This document shows, piece after piece, positions 1 to 12,362 of a DNA stretch of 64,000 bases. The stretch is taken from the NCBI RefSeq assembly GCF_009914755.1, contig NC_060937.1. One strand, written 5' to 3'. The position numbers and the translations under genes were made by a program. The stretch is from the human T2T-CHM13v2.0 reference genome, Homo sapiens. Every line of letters starts with the position of its first letter. The stretch's first letter is position 1. Below the pieces are notes generated by a model. That model ran no database searches, was not told where the DNA came from, and was given only the letters and a program-made list of their open reading frames with translations.

Positions 1-539
1 CATCATTTTTCTGAGTTCTCCTTGCTAACCCTTTTTTGCTGCCATTTTTCTTTTGGTTCTCATCTTCATACATGGTTCTCTATTCCAGTCACTGGTGCAA
101 CTTCGTCTTGCTGAGAGCCTTCTCCAACTGCTTCCATCCTTTCTGCTTCAGAAACTGAACTCTTCCTTAGCTAGTTTAAAAATTTTGTTGCTTATTCTGC
201 ATGTAGTTATTACTATACTAAATTGGTGTATTTGATTCTGTACTAAAAGTTGTATGTAGAACAAATATTGAATATCTTCAAAAGCTATATTGATAAATAC
301 TGTTTCCACTTTTGGCAACCCAGCTTCCCCTCAAAGGATCTGGATAATCCTGAGTTCTAACAGAGGCTTCAAACGAACTTCCATAGTTATCATCTTGGGG
401 AAAGGATGCTTTTCTCACCACCCTGAGGAACATCTTCGCTGCTCACACCTGTAGTCTTTCGTAAGAGTGTACACATTGTGTTATTTCTTAAGGAAACATT
501 TACATGCTGATTAGACAGTCTTATCTTTCTTCTTTCTTT

Positions 540-1762
540 CAGAGGCAGAACCATGCTATGAGCAATCCTGAAGCTTAGGCAATATTTGGGACCTCTTTAA
601 GAAAAGGAATACAAAGTTGCAAATATAAAATTAATATTCATCTAAAATAAAAATATACGACAGCAACTTACAATTTTTAAAAGCTGACAAAACCACAATC
701 ATCAGTTTATAAAAAAATTGTATCCCTTCATTAATTTACCACTTGACACACCAACATTTTTTCTATATTATTGGTTATGTGCTTTTTAATTGCCTATTTA
801 TAGGGCAAAGATTTTGTAACTCTCTCTATATATATCAAGAGAAAAATAAAATCCATTCTTTCCTCTATTACAATTGATGGAATTTGTCTTTCTATTGACA
901 ATTCAAAAAAGTGTGTTCTTGCTACACTTTTTATTATTGGTAGTGTCATGCTAAGGCACATAAGAATATATAAAATGTGGATTCACTCACAGACGTATTT
1001 GCTGTTTGTAGACTGTTACAGGTTTGCACCCTACAAACACAGGGATACTGATAAATTCTATTTGGTACAATTCCCATTACAGAGAAAATAAACATAAGAA
1101 TCTTTATAATGGAATAATCTGCATTAGCTAGAATGCATTAGCCTGAGAGGCGAGAACTTCCATTTTGACTCGGCATTAGGCAGATTCCCTGCTTACAATT
1201 TTACATATCCAATACTTGAAAGAGTTTTCTACAGACTAGCTTCTGGCTCCAGGTGTTTCAAGCTTTGTTTCTTATGCACTCCCATCTACTTTTGGAGCCA
1301 GGCAGCATAGCCCACATTCATTTGGTGAGGTTATCTTTGGGATATATGGTACCTTCATATAACGAGGCTGTTGAGTTGACACAAAGGGCAATAGGAATTT
1401 TCCTGGAAGCCATTTCTATACTAGGATGATTGAAAATAGCAGCTATATAGCAAGTGACTGCAAACTACATACATATATTCTGCCAGATCCAAATACATCC
1501 TAAACTCAACTTACTTTAATTGGATCCCAAATTACCCATGGCCACTCCAATGCCCCTGAACACGAGGGCAAGTATAACAGAGGTGGAGTCAGAATGAAAA
1601 GAGAAAGATGTCTTAACTACTTGCAGTTAAAATGTCTCTTGATAATTTCACAAAATTACAAAAGCACATTGCTAGAGCCCCTCTCAAGTGCTGGGAAAAG
1701 CCTGTGTGATTGCAGGGCCCTGACACTTAAGTTTCATTAGTCTTACGGTAAGTCCATCTCTG
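540..1762 (-). mobile_element. hAT-Tip100 DNA transposon (Zaphod/MER115-like), internally deleted, both ends present
   Basis: Terminal inverted-repeat remnants CAGAGGCAGA (540) and TCCATCTCTG (1753-1762). End motifs CCTGAAGCTTAGGCAATATTTGGGACCTCTTTAAGAAAAGGAATACAAA and GGGCCCTGACACTTAAGTTTCATTAG. The minus strand from 949 reads MTLPIIKSVARTHFFELS..., resembling a decayed hAT C-terminal dimerisation motif. Confidence 0.75.
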
Positions 1763-1779
1763 CCTGTTACCTGCCTGCT

Positions 1780-1925
1780 TGCCTTTTCCGTTCTTGCTAC
1801 CCTCCAGGTCTTTCTTTTTCCTTCCTTATTTCTTCCATCCCTTTCTCCATCCCTCCCTCCCTCGCTAACTGCCACCCTCCCTCCGTTCCTCCCTCTCTTC
1901 CTTCCTTCCATCTTCCTTCTTTCAT
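1780..1925. repeat. Pyrimidine-rich (CCTT/CCCT)n low-complexity tract
   Basis: Degenerate CCCT/CTTC tetramers visible directly. Confidence 0.85.
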
Positions 1926-1939
1926 TGAAGAATGAGTAG

Positions 1940-2162
1940 AAGCATAGTGATTAAGATGGGTTGCCTGAATTGACATTAAAGCTGCATTACTTAACTGTGT
2001 GTCTTTGAGTGAGTTGCTTAACCTCTCTGAATTTGGATTACCTCATCTATTCAACAAGGATAATGATAGTACCAGTCACACAGGGTTGTTGAAAGAATTA
2101 AGATCAAATGTGGAAATTATTTAACTGACATACTGACTGTTCAATCAATGTTAGCTGCTGTT
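1940..2162 (+). mobile_element. MIR SINE
   Basis: Core GAGTTGCTTAACCTCTCTGA...CCTCATCTATT...ATAATGATAGTACC...CAGGGTTGTTGAAAGAATTAA and 3' CAATCAATGTTAGCTG. Confidence 0.8.
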
Positions 2163-2269
2163 CTATATATTGCGCTGTGTAGATGTATGCAAAACAGAAG
2201 AGAGACCACACTCCTTGGGGATGTGAGACAAATGTAAATAAAAAATTATATAATGAATCTTTATAATTG

Positions 2270-2510
2270 GTAAATGCTCCCATAGCAGGTACTGAATGTC
2301 TCAGCAAGATAAGGTTGTGTGTTATGCTGAATAAGCGATTGAATCATGGGTTAAATGGATGCAGAACATTCATAGAAAAGGTGGGAGCTGAACCAAATCT
2401 TAAAAGTGATTGGATTTAGATAAACAAAAAGGAGGAGGATGAAGAAAATATATCTGCTGGGGGCTGATACAAGGAAAGGAAAGGCATGGAGGCTAGAAAA
2501 TGTGTGGCTA
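2270..2510 (-). mobile_element. L2 LINE fragment
   Basis: TTCATAGAAAAGGTGGGAGCTGAACCAAATCTTAAAAG...AAAGGCATGGAGG, typical of antisense L2. Confidence 0.55.
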
Positions 2511-3229
2511 CTTACACTAAAATAGTAATTGTTGAACTATATTTCCTTAGAACACAATAAACTAGACCCTGGATTTAATCCATTAAAATTAATTTATGGC
2601 TATCTTTGTATCATTTCTTTCCACCCATTAAATTAAGTCAGTGAATAAAATGTTCTCAATTTAGAAGTTTTATCCCAATTTAAAAATATTAGGGGGCTGG
2701 CTCCCACTGATTTGTTAACAAATGCTAGCATATAATGCAACCAAATAATGCTTAGCAAATAAATATCCAAAATAAAATTCTGTGAATGACTTTGGTGGAT
2801 ACCGTTGGTTGACCAGCACAACTGCCTTTCTTGATCTATTATGAACAATAGAAAGTTAAATGTTCATATGATCAACCTCTCTTGACAAAGCTCTATAAGT
2901 AGAATTGCACTGGGGATTTTCTGGAAAGTTTTTGCTTTCCTGATGGGGATCTACAGGGTTGGTAACACAGCTTCTTTCTTTTATACTCGAACACAGGCAT
3001 ATTGCCTGAAGCTGGAGCTAACATCTTGATATCAAGAAGGGACCACCAAGAGAACTGCAGAGACACTGGCCTTGACATCACAGATCTACTGAAACAATTC
3101 TGTCAGCCACAGGGTTAGAGCAAAACACCATCTCTCTAGTTATTTATGCCCACTAACTGTTAAGGTGTAAAGTTTTGAAGCAGATGACTTTTTTATGCCA
3201 CTTAAGGGTTTTCATTTATATACTAAACA

Positions 3230-3400
3230 GGAAGTCAGGGACTTTGAGTCTTTTATCCAAATTATCTATGTAACCTTGGCTGTTATTTAACCTCCATTTT
3301 CTCATTTATAAGAAGACCATTATACCAATCTATCTTATAGGCATATCATGAGTTCTAGTAAATAACTCTAAAGTGCTTCATAAATGCTTAATGATGATAA
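3230..3400 (+). mobile_element. MIR-family fragment
   Basis: TGTAACCTTGG...TTATTTAACCTC...TTTTCTCATTTATAA core. Confidence 0.55.
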
Positions 3401-6400
3401 TGATCATGCCAGCAGAACCACTTTTGTACGACACAGAAATGAGCTCTCCTGAAGAAGGTATCAACAAAACATTGACAGGAAATAGTATTTCTTATAGGGA
3501 GAGAGCATGCATATTCCTAAGGAAAGGTGATCATTTAAACCCTGCATATCTAATTGAAAACTAAATGGAGAAGATAATGGTGTCATGATTGGGTTTATTC
3601 AGAACACATTTGAAGACTCATAGGTTGAAGATGAGATTCATTTTATTTTCTTCTCAAATTATATGGCATTATATGTCATGATCAGGGAAATGTTAGCTTC
3701 TTATTCTCTATAAAACAGCTCACCTTTTAGCCTCTCTCTGAATTTTGCTCATCTTTTTTTTTTTAATGATAGCAAAAAAGAATTGAGATGTAAGTAGGAC
3801 AAATGCATAAAAAAATCCTATAATTTCAGAAAGTGTTAAAATTATGTTCTAAGTCAACTTAAAAGGCAGTTATGCCTGCTGAGAGCCTGCTTTATTTTTG
3901 GTGTGAATTCTTAGGCATGGGATGTGGATTACCCAGCAGGGGCTTTGCCATGTAAATTCTTCAAAAAATTGCCAAACCCCATTCTCTTCCAATGGTGAGA
4001 CATGGAATCATTCAGGTAAAATTTTTCAATTCTCTAATTTTCTTCTGTCATGTCTCCTTTTTAAAAATAAACTGCTAGCTGTTTTGTTATTCCCTTAAAT
4101 ATTCTCTTTAATATTCTTGAATCTATGCCTGAGTAGAGAAGTAAAGGTGTATGTATATGTGAATCCTCGGGATTTCTCTGTCCATGCTACATGCATTCTA
4201 ATGTTTTCTTGGGCTGGATAGTTCAGTTGCATAGACATGTACCTAATGAAACTGAGTATATGGTTTCGATCCTACCTAATGAACTAGCCAGATTTTCACA
4301 GAGAAAAATGCCCTTCATTAGGCAAAAGCTATGGCTTCAATTTGCTAATATGTTCTGTTGATTCCAAGTGAGAGAGTATGCTTCCATTGCTGAGAAGACA
4401 ACTCAGGGTATTCTATGGAAGCAAGGATAGAATTAGCATCTACAACATCATGGTTGGTTAAAAAAGGAGGGGACAGTGAATAATACTCTAGTGTATGTTT
4501 TAATAAATCTTACTGGTAGCTCGGATTTGGACCTTCTGTTCTCTTTTTGTTGTGCTAGGCAGTCCTGGATTGATCAGCACTAATAGTTTATCTGAGACTC
4601 AATTTATCTTTATCCTGAAGAGAAAAATCCTTTGTCACAAGTTAAGTTTGAAAAGCAGATGGCTTCTGGTGCGTGCCCCCCACCCTCACTTTTTTTAAAC
4701 GCAGGTGCAGTTTTAAGGAACCTGCTAGCCTACTAGTTAGGATTCCCTTACATTTCATCTGGCTTAACGCTACTTTTCTCCCTTCTCTCTGAATACTAAA
4801 AAGTCTGTATGCATTTTCTTTTAATTGACAATTGATGACTCTCCTGTAGTTATTAGTGACCAGTAGTTTTATGGCTCATCAGGGTAGAACAACTAGGAAG
4901 AGAGACTGGGACCTTTTTCACTGTCTCAGACATTCCTTTAGCAGACTTAGTAGGTAGGTATATTATAGGGAATTGTTTCCCAATGGCAAATGAAAAAAAA
5001 AAAGTTAACTCAGTTCTACGTTTTTACTGCCAGCATTAAAAATTATTAGAATTTTACATAAAATATTGGTTTCTTTTTTTTTTTTTCAGTGCACAGCTAG
5101 TACTTTAGGTACTTGAAGTAGCTTTGACTATTTCCCTTTTCTTTCCTGAAACACAAGCAGATGGACACACTTGCTCACTCCTTTCTCTTAACATTCATTT
5201 TTTTTTTCCTTTAGGGTGGTTTATTATATGTAATTGAGAGCCAGTGTTTCAAAATATTCATTATAGAATTTTTTATGTTTTCACTTAAAGAGTTTTCTTG
5301 TTTATAGGATTTCTTTAACAAAAGGTAATGAATGTTACCATGTTTTGTATTAACAACTCAGTACTTCATAAAGTTATGGTGTACTTCTGTAAACCCTTTA
5401 AATTTACCCCTTAATGAGTTTCTTATTCTAATGGATCTAATTTTTGTAACACATTATGCATCTTGAATGACATATTTAATACTTATCCTTTAAAAAGTCA
5501 CTGGCAAGAATTGTAAGTATAAGTATTAAAGGTCTTTCCTAACTTATTAGAAAAAAATAAAAGGGTGGGGGAAGCAGTGCATCAATTATCATGAAAAAAG
5601 GAGCTGATAATGTCCTTTTGCAAGAAACACTCTTAAAAGATAATGAACATGAAAAATTAATTAGATTTCAAGTTGGAAGTATCTTTCTCTACTTGATGAA
5701 TTTGATAGTGCTGCTATTGCTACCTTAATGTATAAAAGGAAAAATGTCAAAATTAATAAGATAGTCAAGAATAAAGAGAATAGAATGGTTATCTTTGAGG
5801 GGGCTGACTACTCACTAGAAATAATAGCTAATTGGTACAAAGCTAACTTAGGAAAAGAATCAAGCAACATTGTTTTAGACATCTTTGACTGGCATGGTTT
5901 CTAAAAACACTCTAGTTTGCCGAGATTTAAATTCATTATAATGGAAATTGGATATCTCTGGACTGAAAAATTAGTGTTTGTGTCTGGCTTCTAACTTATA
6001 AACACATCATTGAAAGATTTTTATTTCTTGAGAGGAAGTGAGCCAGACATTTAGGATTCTCATGCCTTTCATATTCCAATTTGTTCTTTCATAAAATTAA
6101 AAAAAATTGGAGTTCAAAAAAGATTTTCCAGGGGCAGATGTGTGAAGGGAACTAAATGAGAGTTTTTATTTTAACCTCCCACGTTCCTCTCCTCAGTGAT
6201 TATTTGAAAACCATTTATCTCAGTGGTGATAAATAAAATCTGGAAACCTGTCATCTTGCAGCATAATTAAAAAGTTTAGAAAAATATCTGATACTTTACT
6301 CAGAAAGGGCCTGGACCAAATTATCTCTTGAGGTCCCTTCTAGTTTTCAGATAATTTTTTCCTATAAATACTTAGCTTCCAGGATTAGTATCCAAATGAT

Positions 6401-7229
6401 CCAAAGAATTTCACTGGCTTTCAATAGCCTTATGCACTGCTATAGGGTCATAATCTCTTGTTACATGTCAAAAACACAATAGATGGAATATTGGCAATAT
6501 TTCCCTTACTAACTGTGTTCTGGACAAAGGAATTAAATTAATTTATGAAAAAGGGTTCTGTGTCAAAATTAATTTTTTAAATGGTATGAAAGAGTGCTTA
6601 GAGAAGACAGTTTGGTCTAGATCCAGCTGATAGCCTTAGAACCAAGTGAAATGTCTGATTGGATAGCAAGGTTAATGATATTCAAGACTAATAACCTCTG
6701 CACTCAGGGGGAGCATACTCTCTTGAATAATCTGAAGCATTATAAACTTGACTTTCTCTAAAAAGTAGACACACAAAACAAGTCAAAATTCAAAAGATTT
6801 GAGAGACCTCTTATGTCATTACCAGTAGGCCCCCCAGCCTGTGAGAGCACCCTCAGTCATGATGGGGTGGCCACATGTGTTCTTACACTACTGCCAGACT
6901 AATCAGAATCTGTGGCTTATGTGCGGAGAGTTTCTCATCCATTTTGTTTACTTTTTTAGACTACTTTGATTCTATTTTTAGATTATTGGCTTACTATATA
7001 TTCTAATAAAATAATGCATGCTTCTGTTAATTATACTAAAAGAATGGGATGGTCTATAAGAAGAATCGCAATAACATGGCATAAGAACTCAACCTTTGTT
7101 GCTCTACCAGGCAACACAACGAAAGTAAACATTTGTGGCTGTTGAGTGGCTCTTTCCACACACTTTTTCACACTTGTGGCCTGACACATCTGCCATTTAT
7201 AATACATGCTTTCTAAGTTGGGTCTAGTC

Positions 7230-7415
7230 ACCAAGCAGAGAGCAGAAAGAAAAAGTCAAGGATCACGCCTGGTGAAAGTTGAACACTACTTTTGCTCCTC
7301 ACCATCTGTGGAAGAGAACTTAGTCACATAGACATGCATGGATACGAGAGAGGGCGGGAAACAATATAGCTGTGACTGTAGGCAGGAAGGAAGAAAGGAC
7401 TTTGGCAGACAGCTT
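7230..7415 (-). mobile_element. Old MaLR (MLT1J/K-like) LTR fragment
   Basis: AGAACTTAGTCACATAG...GGCAGGAAGGAAGAAAGGACTTTGG resembles antisense MLT1. Confidence 0.45.
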
Positions 7416-7460
7416 GAAATTCCATATGTTGCTTGTCAAAAAACATGATGAAGTAAAGTA

Positions 7461-7565
7461 TTAGGTGGGTGCAAAAGTAATTGTGGTTTTTGCCATTAAA
7501 AGTAATTTAATTTGCCATTGAAAATAATTGTGGCAAAAACCGCAATTACTTTTGAACCCACCTAA
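7461..7565. mobile_element. MADE1 (Hsmar1-derived mariner MITE), lengthened to 105 bp
   Basis: TTAGGTGGGTGCAAAAGTAATTGTGGTTTTTGCCA ... TGGCAAAAACCGCAATTACTTTTGAACCCACCTAA, flanked by TA on both sides (7459-7460, 7566-7567). Confidence 0.93.
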
Positions 7566-7949
7566 TACAAAGAAAAAGAAATCACCCTAAATTCTATCAT
7601 CTAAAAATTATTTGAGGAACATCATTCTGTTCATTCCATATGTCTTTTCTAGACATATAGAGAGTGAATGGATAAATAATTGAATATAAAAGTGAAAAAT
7701 AATGTTGAAATAGTGCAATCATTCTCTGCATAAAAATACTATGTTTAATTTTATTTAGATTAAAGCTTATTTAAACTAATTTAAATTTTAGAAGAAAAAG
7801 AAGCTGAAGTGACATTTAAAGGATTGCCAATGTTTCTTCATCAATAAGAAATAGTAATTTTCATGTTATCCCACTAAGGACATAAAGACTTTTTACAAGA
7901 TTGAAGCCAAAAAAATTTCTAATTACATATTTCTTCTTTAAATCATATG

Positions 7950-8945
7950 TATAGGCAACCTGCTAGGATGATAAGGACTCTTCTACTTTTCACTTTTCCT
8001 CCCCTCCCTCTACATCCTGATTTTTGTTTCAAATTACTTTTTTTTGGTCAGCATTGTAGCATTACATTTTGTTCTGCAAACATAATTCCCTCTGTTGATC
8101 ATTATGAATTCTCTATTTAAATGGAAGCTCTGCTCAGTGCTAGTCCTTTTACCATAACTTTTCCATTACTGAGTTTACTTTTTAATTTATCACTTGGTTG
8201 GTTGGATTTTATTGTCATGTAGTTTTAAATTTTTTTATTAATTTATTTTTTTAGCAAGGGGATTATAAGTTCTTCCTTCTTAGTGTTCTTTCATATTTGA
8301 AAATGCCAGCCTATTGCCTTTATGCTTGCAACACTTGACTGGGTGTACTATTCTTGGTTACACAGGCTGCCCTTTAGTATGTTGCAGACATTGTTCTGTT
8401 GACTTCTGGAATGAAATATTGCTGTGGAAAAGCATGAGGCCAATCTGAGTTTTCCTACTATGGGTAATTTTTCTGTCTAGATTCCTGCATGATATTTTTC
8501 TTTATTTTTAAAGGTTGATGATTTAACTTGGATGTGTTTTGCTATTGATCATAATCATAGCCAAATTGCTATGTCTAGGTCCTATTCTAAGAATTTCACG
8601 TATATTAATATTTTTAATCCCTCAGACCATTTTATTGAGGTAGCAGGTAATGTTATTCATATTTCTCTGACAAGTAAAGTAATGCACATGTAAGTGAAGA
8701 ACCTTAATTGTGGTGGCAGGACCAGGATTTAGTCCCAAGTCTCACAGCTCCACAGTGTGGCCATAATCACTATGCCTCCTTTCTCAGTAGTGTCATACTG
8801 CAACACACTAACGATCTGTATAATGTTTCCTGGTGTCCAGCATCCTATTGTTACCTGGAGATTCAGTTCTTTATATAGTCTTATGAAATTTTCCTGAGTT
8901 TTATCTCTGAATATTTTTTCTATTTCATATATATTCAGCTCTCTA
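7950..8945 (-). mobile_element. HAL1/old L1M ORF1-region fragment, interrupted by MIR
   Basis: TTGACTGGGTGTACTATTCTTGGTTACAC...TTGCTGTGGAAAAGCATGAGGCCAATCTGA, matching antisense HAL1/L1 ORF1. Similarity resumes after 8815. Confidence 0.6.
8555..8780 (-). mobile_element. MIR SINE
   Basis: TTTAATCCCTCAG...GAGGTAG...GTGGCAGGACCAGGATTTAGTCCCAAGTCT...AATCACTATGCC. Confidence 0.65.
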
Positions 8946-8948
8946 TAG

Positions 8949-9165
8949 CAGGGGTTGGCAAACTAGAGCCCATGGGCCAAATCTAGCCTTCTGCATGTTT
9001 TTGTTAACTAAAGTTTTATTGGAACACAGCCATGCTAATTCGTTTACATGTTGCTTCCTGGATACATCAGCAGAGTTTCATAGCTGTGACAGACAGAAAC
9101 TCATGGCCTGCACAGTTTAAAATATTTACTATTAGATCCTTTACAGAAAAGTCTGAAGACCCCCG
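8949..9165. mobile_element. MER58A (hAT-Charlie)
   Basis: CAGGGGTTGGCAAACT...GGGCCAAATCTAGCC...AAAGTTTTATTGGAACACAGCCA...AAAATATTTACT...CCTTTACAGAAAAG...GACCCCCG. Confidence 0.88.
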
Positions 9166-11117
9166 TTTTAAGTGATTGATTGTTAATCATGTGCATCCAT
9201 TTGTTCCTGTTTCAAATGTAATTAGTGTGTTGCCTTTCATTTCATTTTGTTGTTGCTGTTTATCACTTTAGTTTGGGCATTTGTTTTACAGATGTTGTAT
9301 TCTTATTAATTTTTAAATAATGCATATTTTAACTGCTTCCATTTGTAGTACTATGATTTTTCTTCTCTACACTGGCTGTCTGAGTTTTTACTTTCTCTTT
9401 GCATACTATGGTCTCTTCTTTTTCTCTCCCTCTTTCTTTCTCTCCTTTTGATTATAGTCTGTTTGCAAAGTTTCCATGTTGTTCCTTTCTATCTTGCTCC
9501 TTTTTAACCTGAGTGGCTGTACCCAGGTCTCTTATTTACCTGTTTTCTCTTTCTCAGAACCACCTAGCCTTCCTTCCCTCAGCTACAGTTTGTGCCTGAG
9601 AGTTGCCTTCTACACATTCCTTGGGGTCTGAGGATATGGAGGTGGGACAGATGGAGAGCTCTTCTAGCACAAAATGCAGCCCTAACTGGGCTCTTTCAGT
9701 TTTTTTTATTATTATTTAAATGTTCTGTTTGAAATCCCTCTCTGTCCAGAGCAGGATGCATTCCCTTTTGTGGGCTTCACCGTGTTTCCTCCAGCTTAGC
9801 TCATCAGTTCTGTAATAATGCTCTCCCTAACTTTGCTCTCCCTAATAATGCTCTCCTTAACTTTAGTGGGAGGTAATGGGTTCCATGGGCCTACTCTACA
9901 TCAGGAAGCTTTTCTTCAAACTAGAGGACATTAATGGGACTTTTCCAACTGTTGGTGACTTACCTTTATTCAGAACTACTTGGAGGTATGGGTGAGATTA
10001 AGAGCTCATTATCTAATTTCCCAAGTAAGGTACTACAAACAATGCTTTAATGATCAAGTAGTGCTCTGAAATCTAACCAAGAATTTTCATTATAACTGCA
10101 AGCAAATGGCTCTGACCTGTAATTTTGAATTCTATCTTTGGTTTGCAAACAATTTCCTCTAGAGTTCATTGCTTTCTACTTCACAGAGATCTTGGTTATA
10201 AACATGGATCTAAGAAAAAAGAAACAAAACAAAAGAAGACCTTCTTTGAAATGAATGCCTCATGTAGCATTTGAGACAGCTGCTTACCCTATTTCAACCC
10301 CGCAGATCCTAGAGGAAACGGGGGAATAGCCGCCTATCAAAAAATAACAAACACTGAAAAGTTTTGACAACTTGACTATAATTACCACAGCTGCTCACTT
10401 CATTTTAAAAAAATTACCGTGAAATATTAATAGCAGTTATTAAATACCTGTTTGAGGAGTTGCAGTGTTTATGTGGCTGTTCTTTCTCTTTCTCTGCCCC
10501 ACCCCAAGGAGAAGAGATATTGTATAATAAATTCCATTGATGTCTATCCCTCCTGGGAACTAATGATTATACTATCTGTTATTGTCAACGATGAAACCGA
10601 AGTGAATGAAACATATGCATGAGTTACTTGCTCATTCCCAAACTCCTTATAGTCAGCTGTTTTTCAGGAAGAGCTGGGACAATTGGGAGTGCTGCTTTCA
10701 ACAAAATCAATTTTCAGTACCCTTGCAGGTGAATATTCTGGTCTTCTGATTAAGTATTTGGAGATCATAGAGGTGGCTTGTGAGCCAATGTCAACTTCTT
10801 GTGTGCACCATTCAACAATCTTGGTGTTCACTTCTGCCAGTTCAGCTCAGAGCCAGCCTTGGAATGTTTTCTCTCATGGTACTCCGGGGAACTGCTGCCA
10901 GTCCCTAAGTGTCAGTGCATAAGTTGAAACTGATCTGCCATCTTTGATAAGTGTCAAACACTAATTCGAAAAATTAGAATGTATTAAATTAACATTAAAG
11001 CCCCCCTTTTTTCTCTTAATTCTTAAACCCTTATAGAATCATGGAATGTCAGGTGTTCATTGTGAGAACAAATTTTGATTGCATCATAGAAATACAGGAG
11101 TAATGTGAATATTCAGT

Positions 11118-11390
11118 TACTCATTCATGCATTCATTTTATCCAGAAATATGCCTTGAGTGTCTACCAAGTGCTGAGAAGTGTGATTACTGCTGGAAAGA
11201 CACCATCTCTCTTTTAAGGTTCTGAGTCCAGTGAGGGCCTATGAGAACGTTGTCAGGACTCCAGCTGAGGCATGTAGCATCCTCATGTAATGAGGAAGCC
11301 ATTGATTGCGCCTAGGAGTGTTGAGGGTAGAAGAGTCACACAGACACAGATTCCCTTGAACTAGGTCCTGAAGCAGGTGTGGTATTATCA
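11118..11390 (-). mobile_element. L2 3'-end fragment
   Basis: TCATTCATGCATTCATT tail followed by TTGAGTGTCTACCAAGTGC. Confidence 0.6.
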
Positions 11391-11784
11391 TTTGAATTGT
11401 GATTTAAAGATAACCTTAATATCTATTATCTCCTCTTCTTAATACTACTAATTAAAATTCATCATCAAAAGTAATAGCAAGAGAGTAGTTGAAGATAATT
11501 GTCTTTTGGGACTTTCTGCAGTTATAAAGCTTTACTTAGAATCCTCCAGAGAACTTGCCTCCTCTACCTACAGCTGCCTTACTCACTCTCGCTGCACAAG
11601 GCGCAGAAGCACAGACCTCTCTCTCATCTCTATTCTGTGGATTTTTCATGTCTGCTTTCCTGTGGTTGTCCAATGAACGCAAGCAGACACTTCTTCAGAC
11701 TAGCTCAGGGGCTTTCACAATTTTTTTAACAACCACTCATAATAAAAAATATATTTTAAATTTCACAATCTTACTCCCTCCCAC

Positions 11785-12362
11785 CTCTCTGCCTCAAAGA
11801 TACCAAAGTCCATAGATACTCAAGTCTCTTATATAAAATGGAATAGTATTTGCATATAACCTATGCGCATCTTCTCATATACTTTAAATCATCTCTAGAT
11901 TACTTATAATACCTAGTATAATATAAATGCAATGTAAATGGTTATTGTACAGTATTTCAAATTATTTTTATTGACACATAAGAGATGTACATATTTTGGG
12001 GGTACATGTGGTAATTTGATACATATAATGTGTGAAGATGAAATCAGGGCACTTTGGATATCCATCTCCTTAAATATTTATCTTTTCTTTATGCTAGGAA
12101 AACTTGAATTATTTTCTTCTAGCTATTTTGGAATGTACAATAGATTAATGTCAACTATAGTGACTCTGCTGATTTATCAAACGTTAGGTCTTATTTCTTC
12201 TATCTAACTGTTTACTTGTCCACATTATATATATTTTTTAAAAAGTTATAATAGTTTTAATTGTACTGTGATTTTTGCATTGTGTTCTTTTCCACATATT
12301 TTCTATTTGTGGTTGGTTGAATCCATGGATGTGGAACTTGTGGGTATGAAGAGCTAACTGTA
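11785..12362. mobile_element. MER2 (TcMar-Tigger) split by an L1MA insertion
   Basis: GATACCAAAGTCCATAGATACTCAAGTCTCTTATATAAAATGG...TTTGCATATAACCTATGC...TCTCTAGATTACTTATAATACC, and the end GTTGGTTGAATCCATGGATGTGGAAC...AACTGTA. Confidence 0.85.
11960..12228 (-). mobile_element. L1MA (L1MA4/5-like) 3'-end fragment
   Basis: TTTTTATTGACACATAA...GTACATATTTTGGGGGTACATGTG...CTTCTAGCTATTTTGGAATGTACAATAGATT...CTTATTTCTTCTATCTAACTG. Confidence 0.85.

Noticed and set aside
1-480. Purine-rich minus-strand sequence resembling a pseudogene fragment
   Set aside because: Stops in all frames and no parent protein recognised; cannot be supported without a search.
5068-5215. Strong-looking splice acceptors (T-rich...CAG at 5089, ...TTTAG at 5214)
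   Set aside because: No matching donor or exon chain can be shown; such tracts are common in AT-rich DNA.
9813-9864. Short direct repeats (also 28964-29010, 54727-54762, 57429-57467, 58740-58763) as a CRISPR-like array
   Set aside because: Only 2-3 adjacent copies with no unique spacers; ordinary slippage duplications in a mammalian genome.
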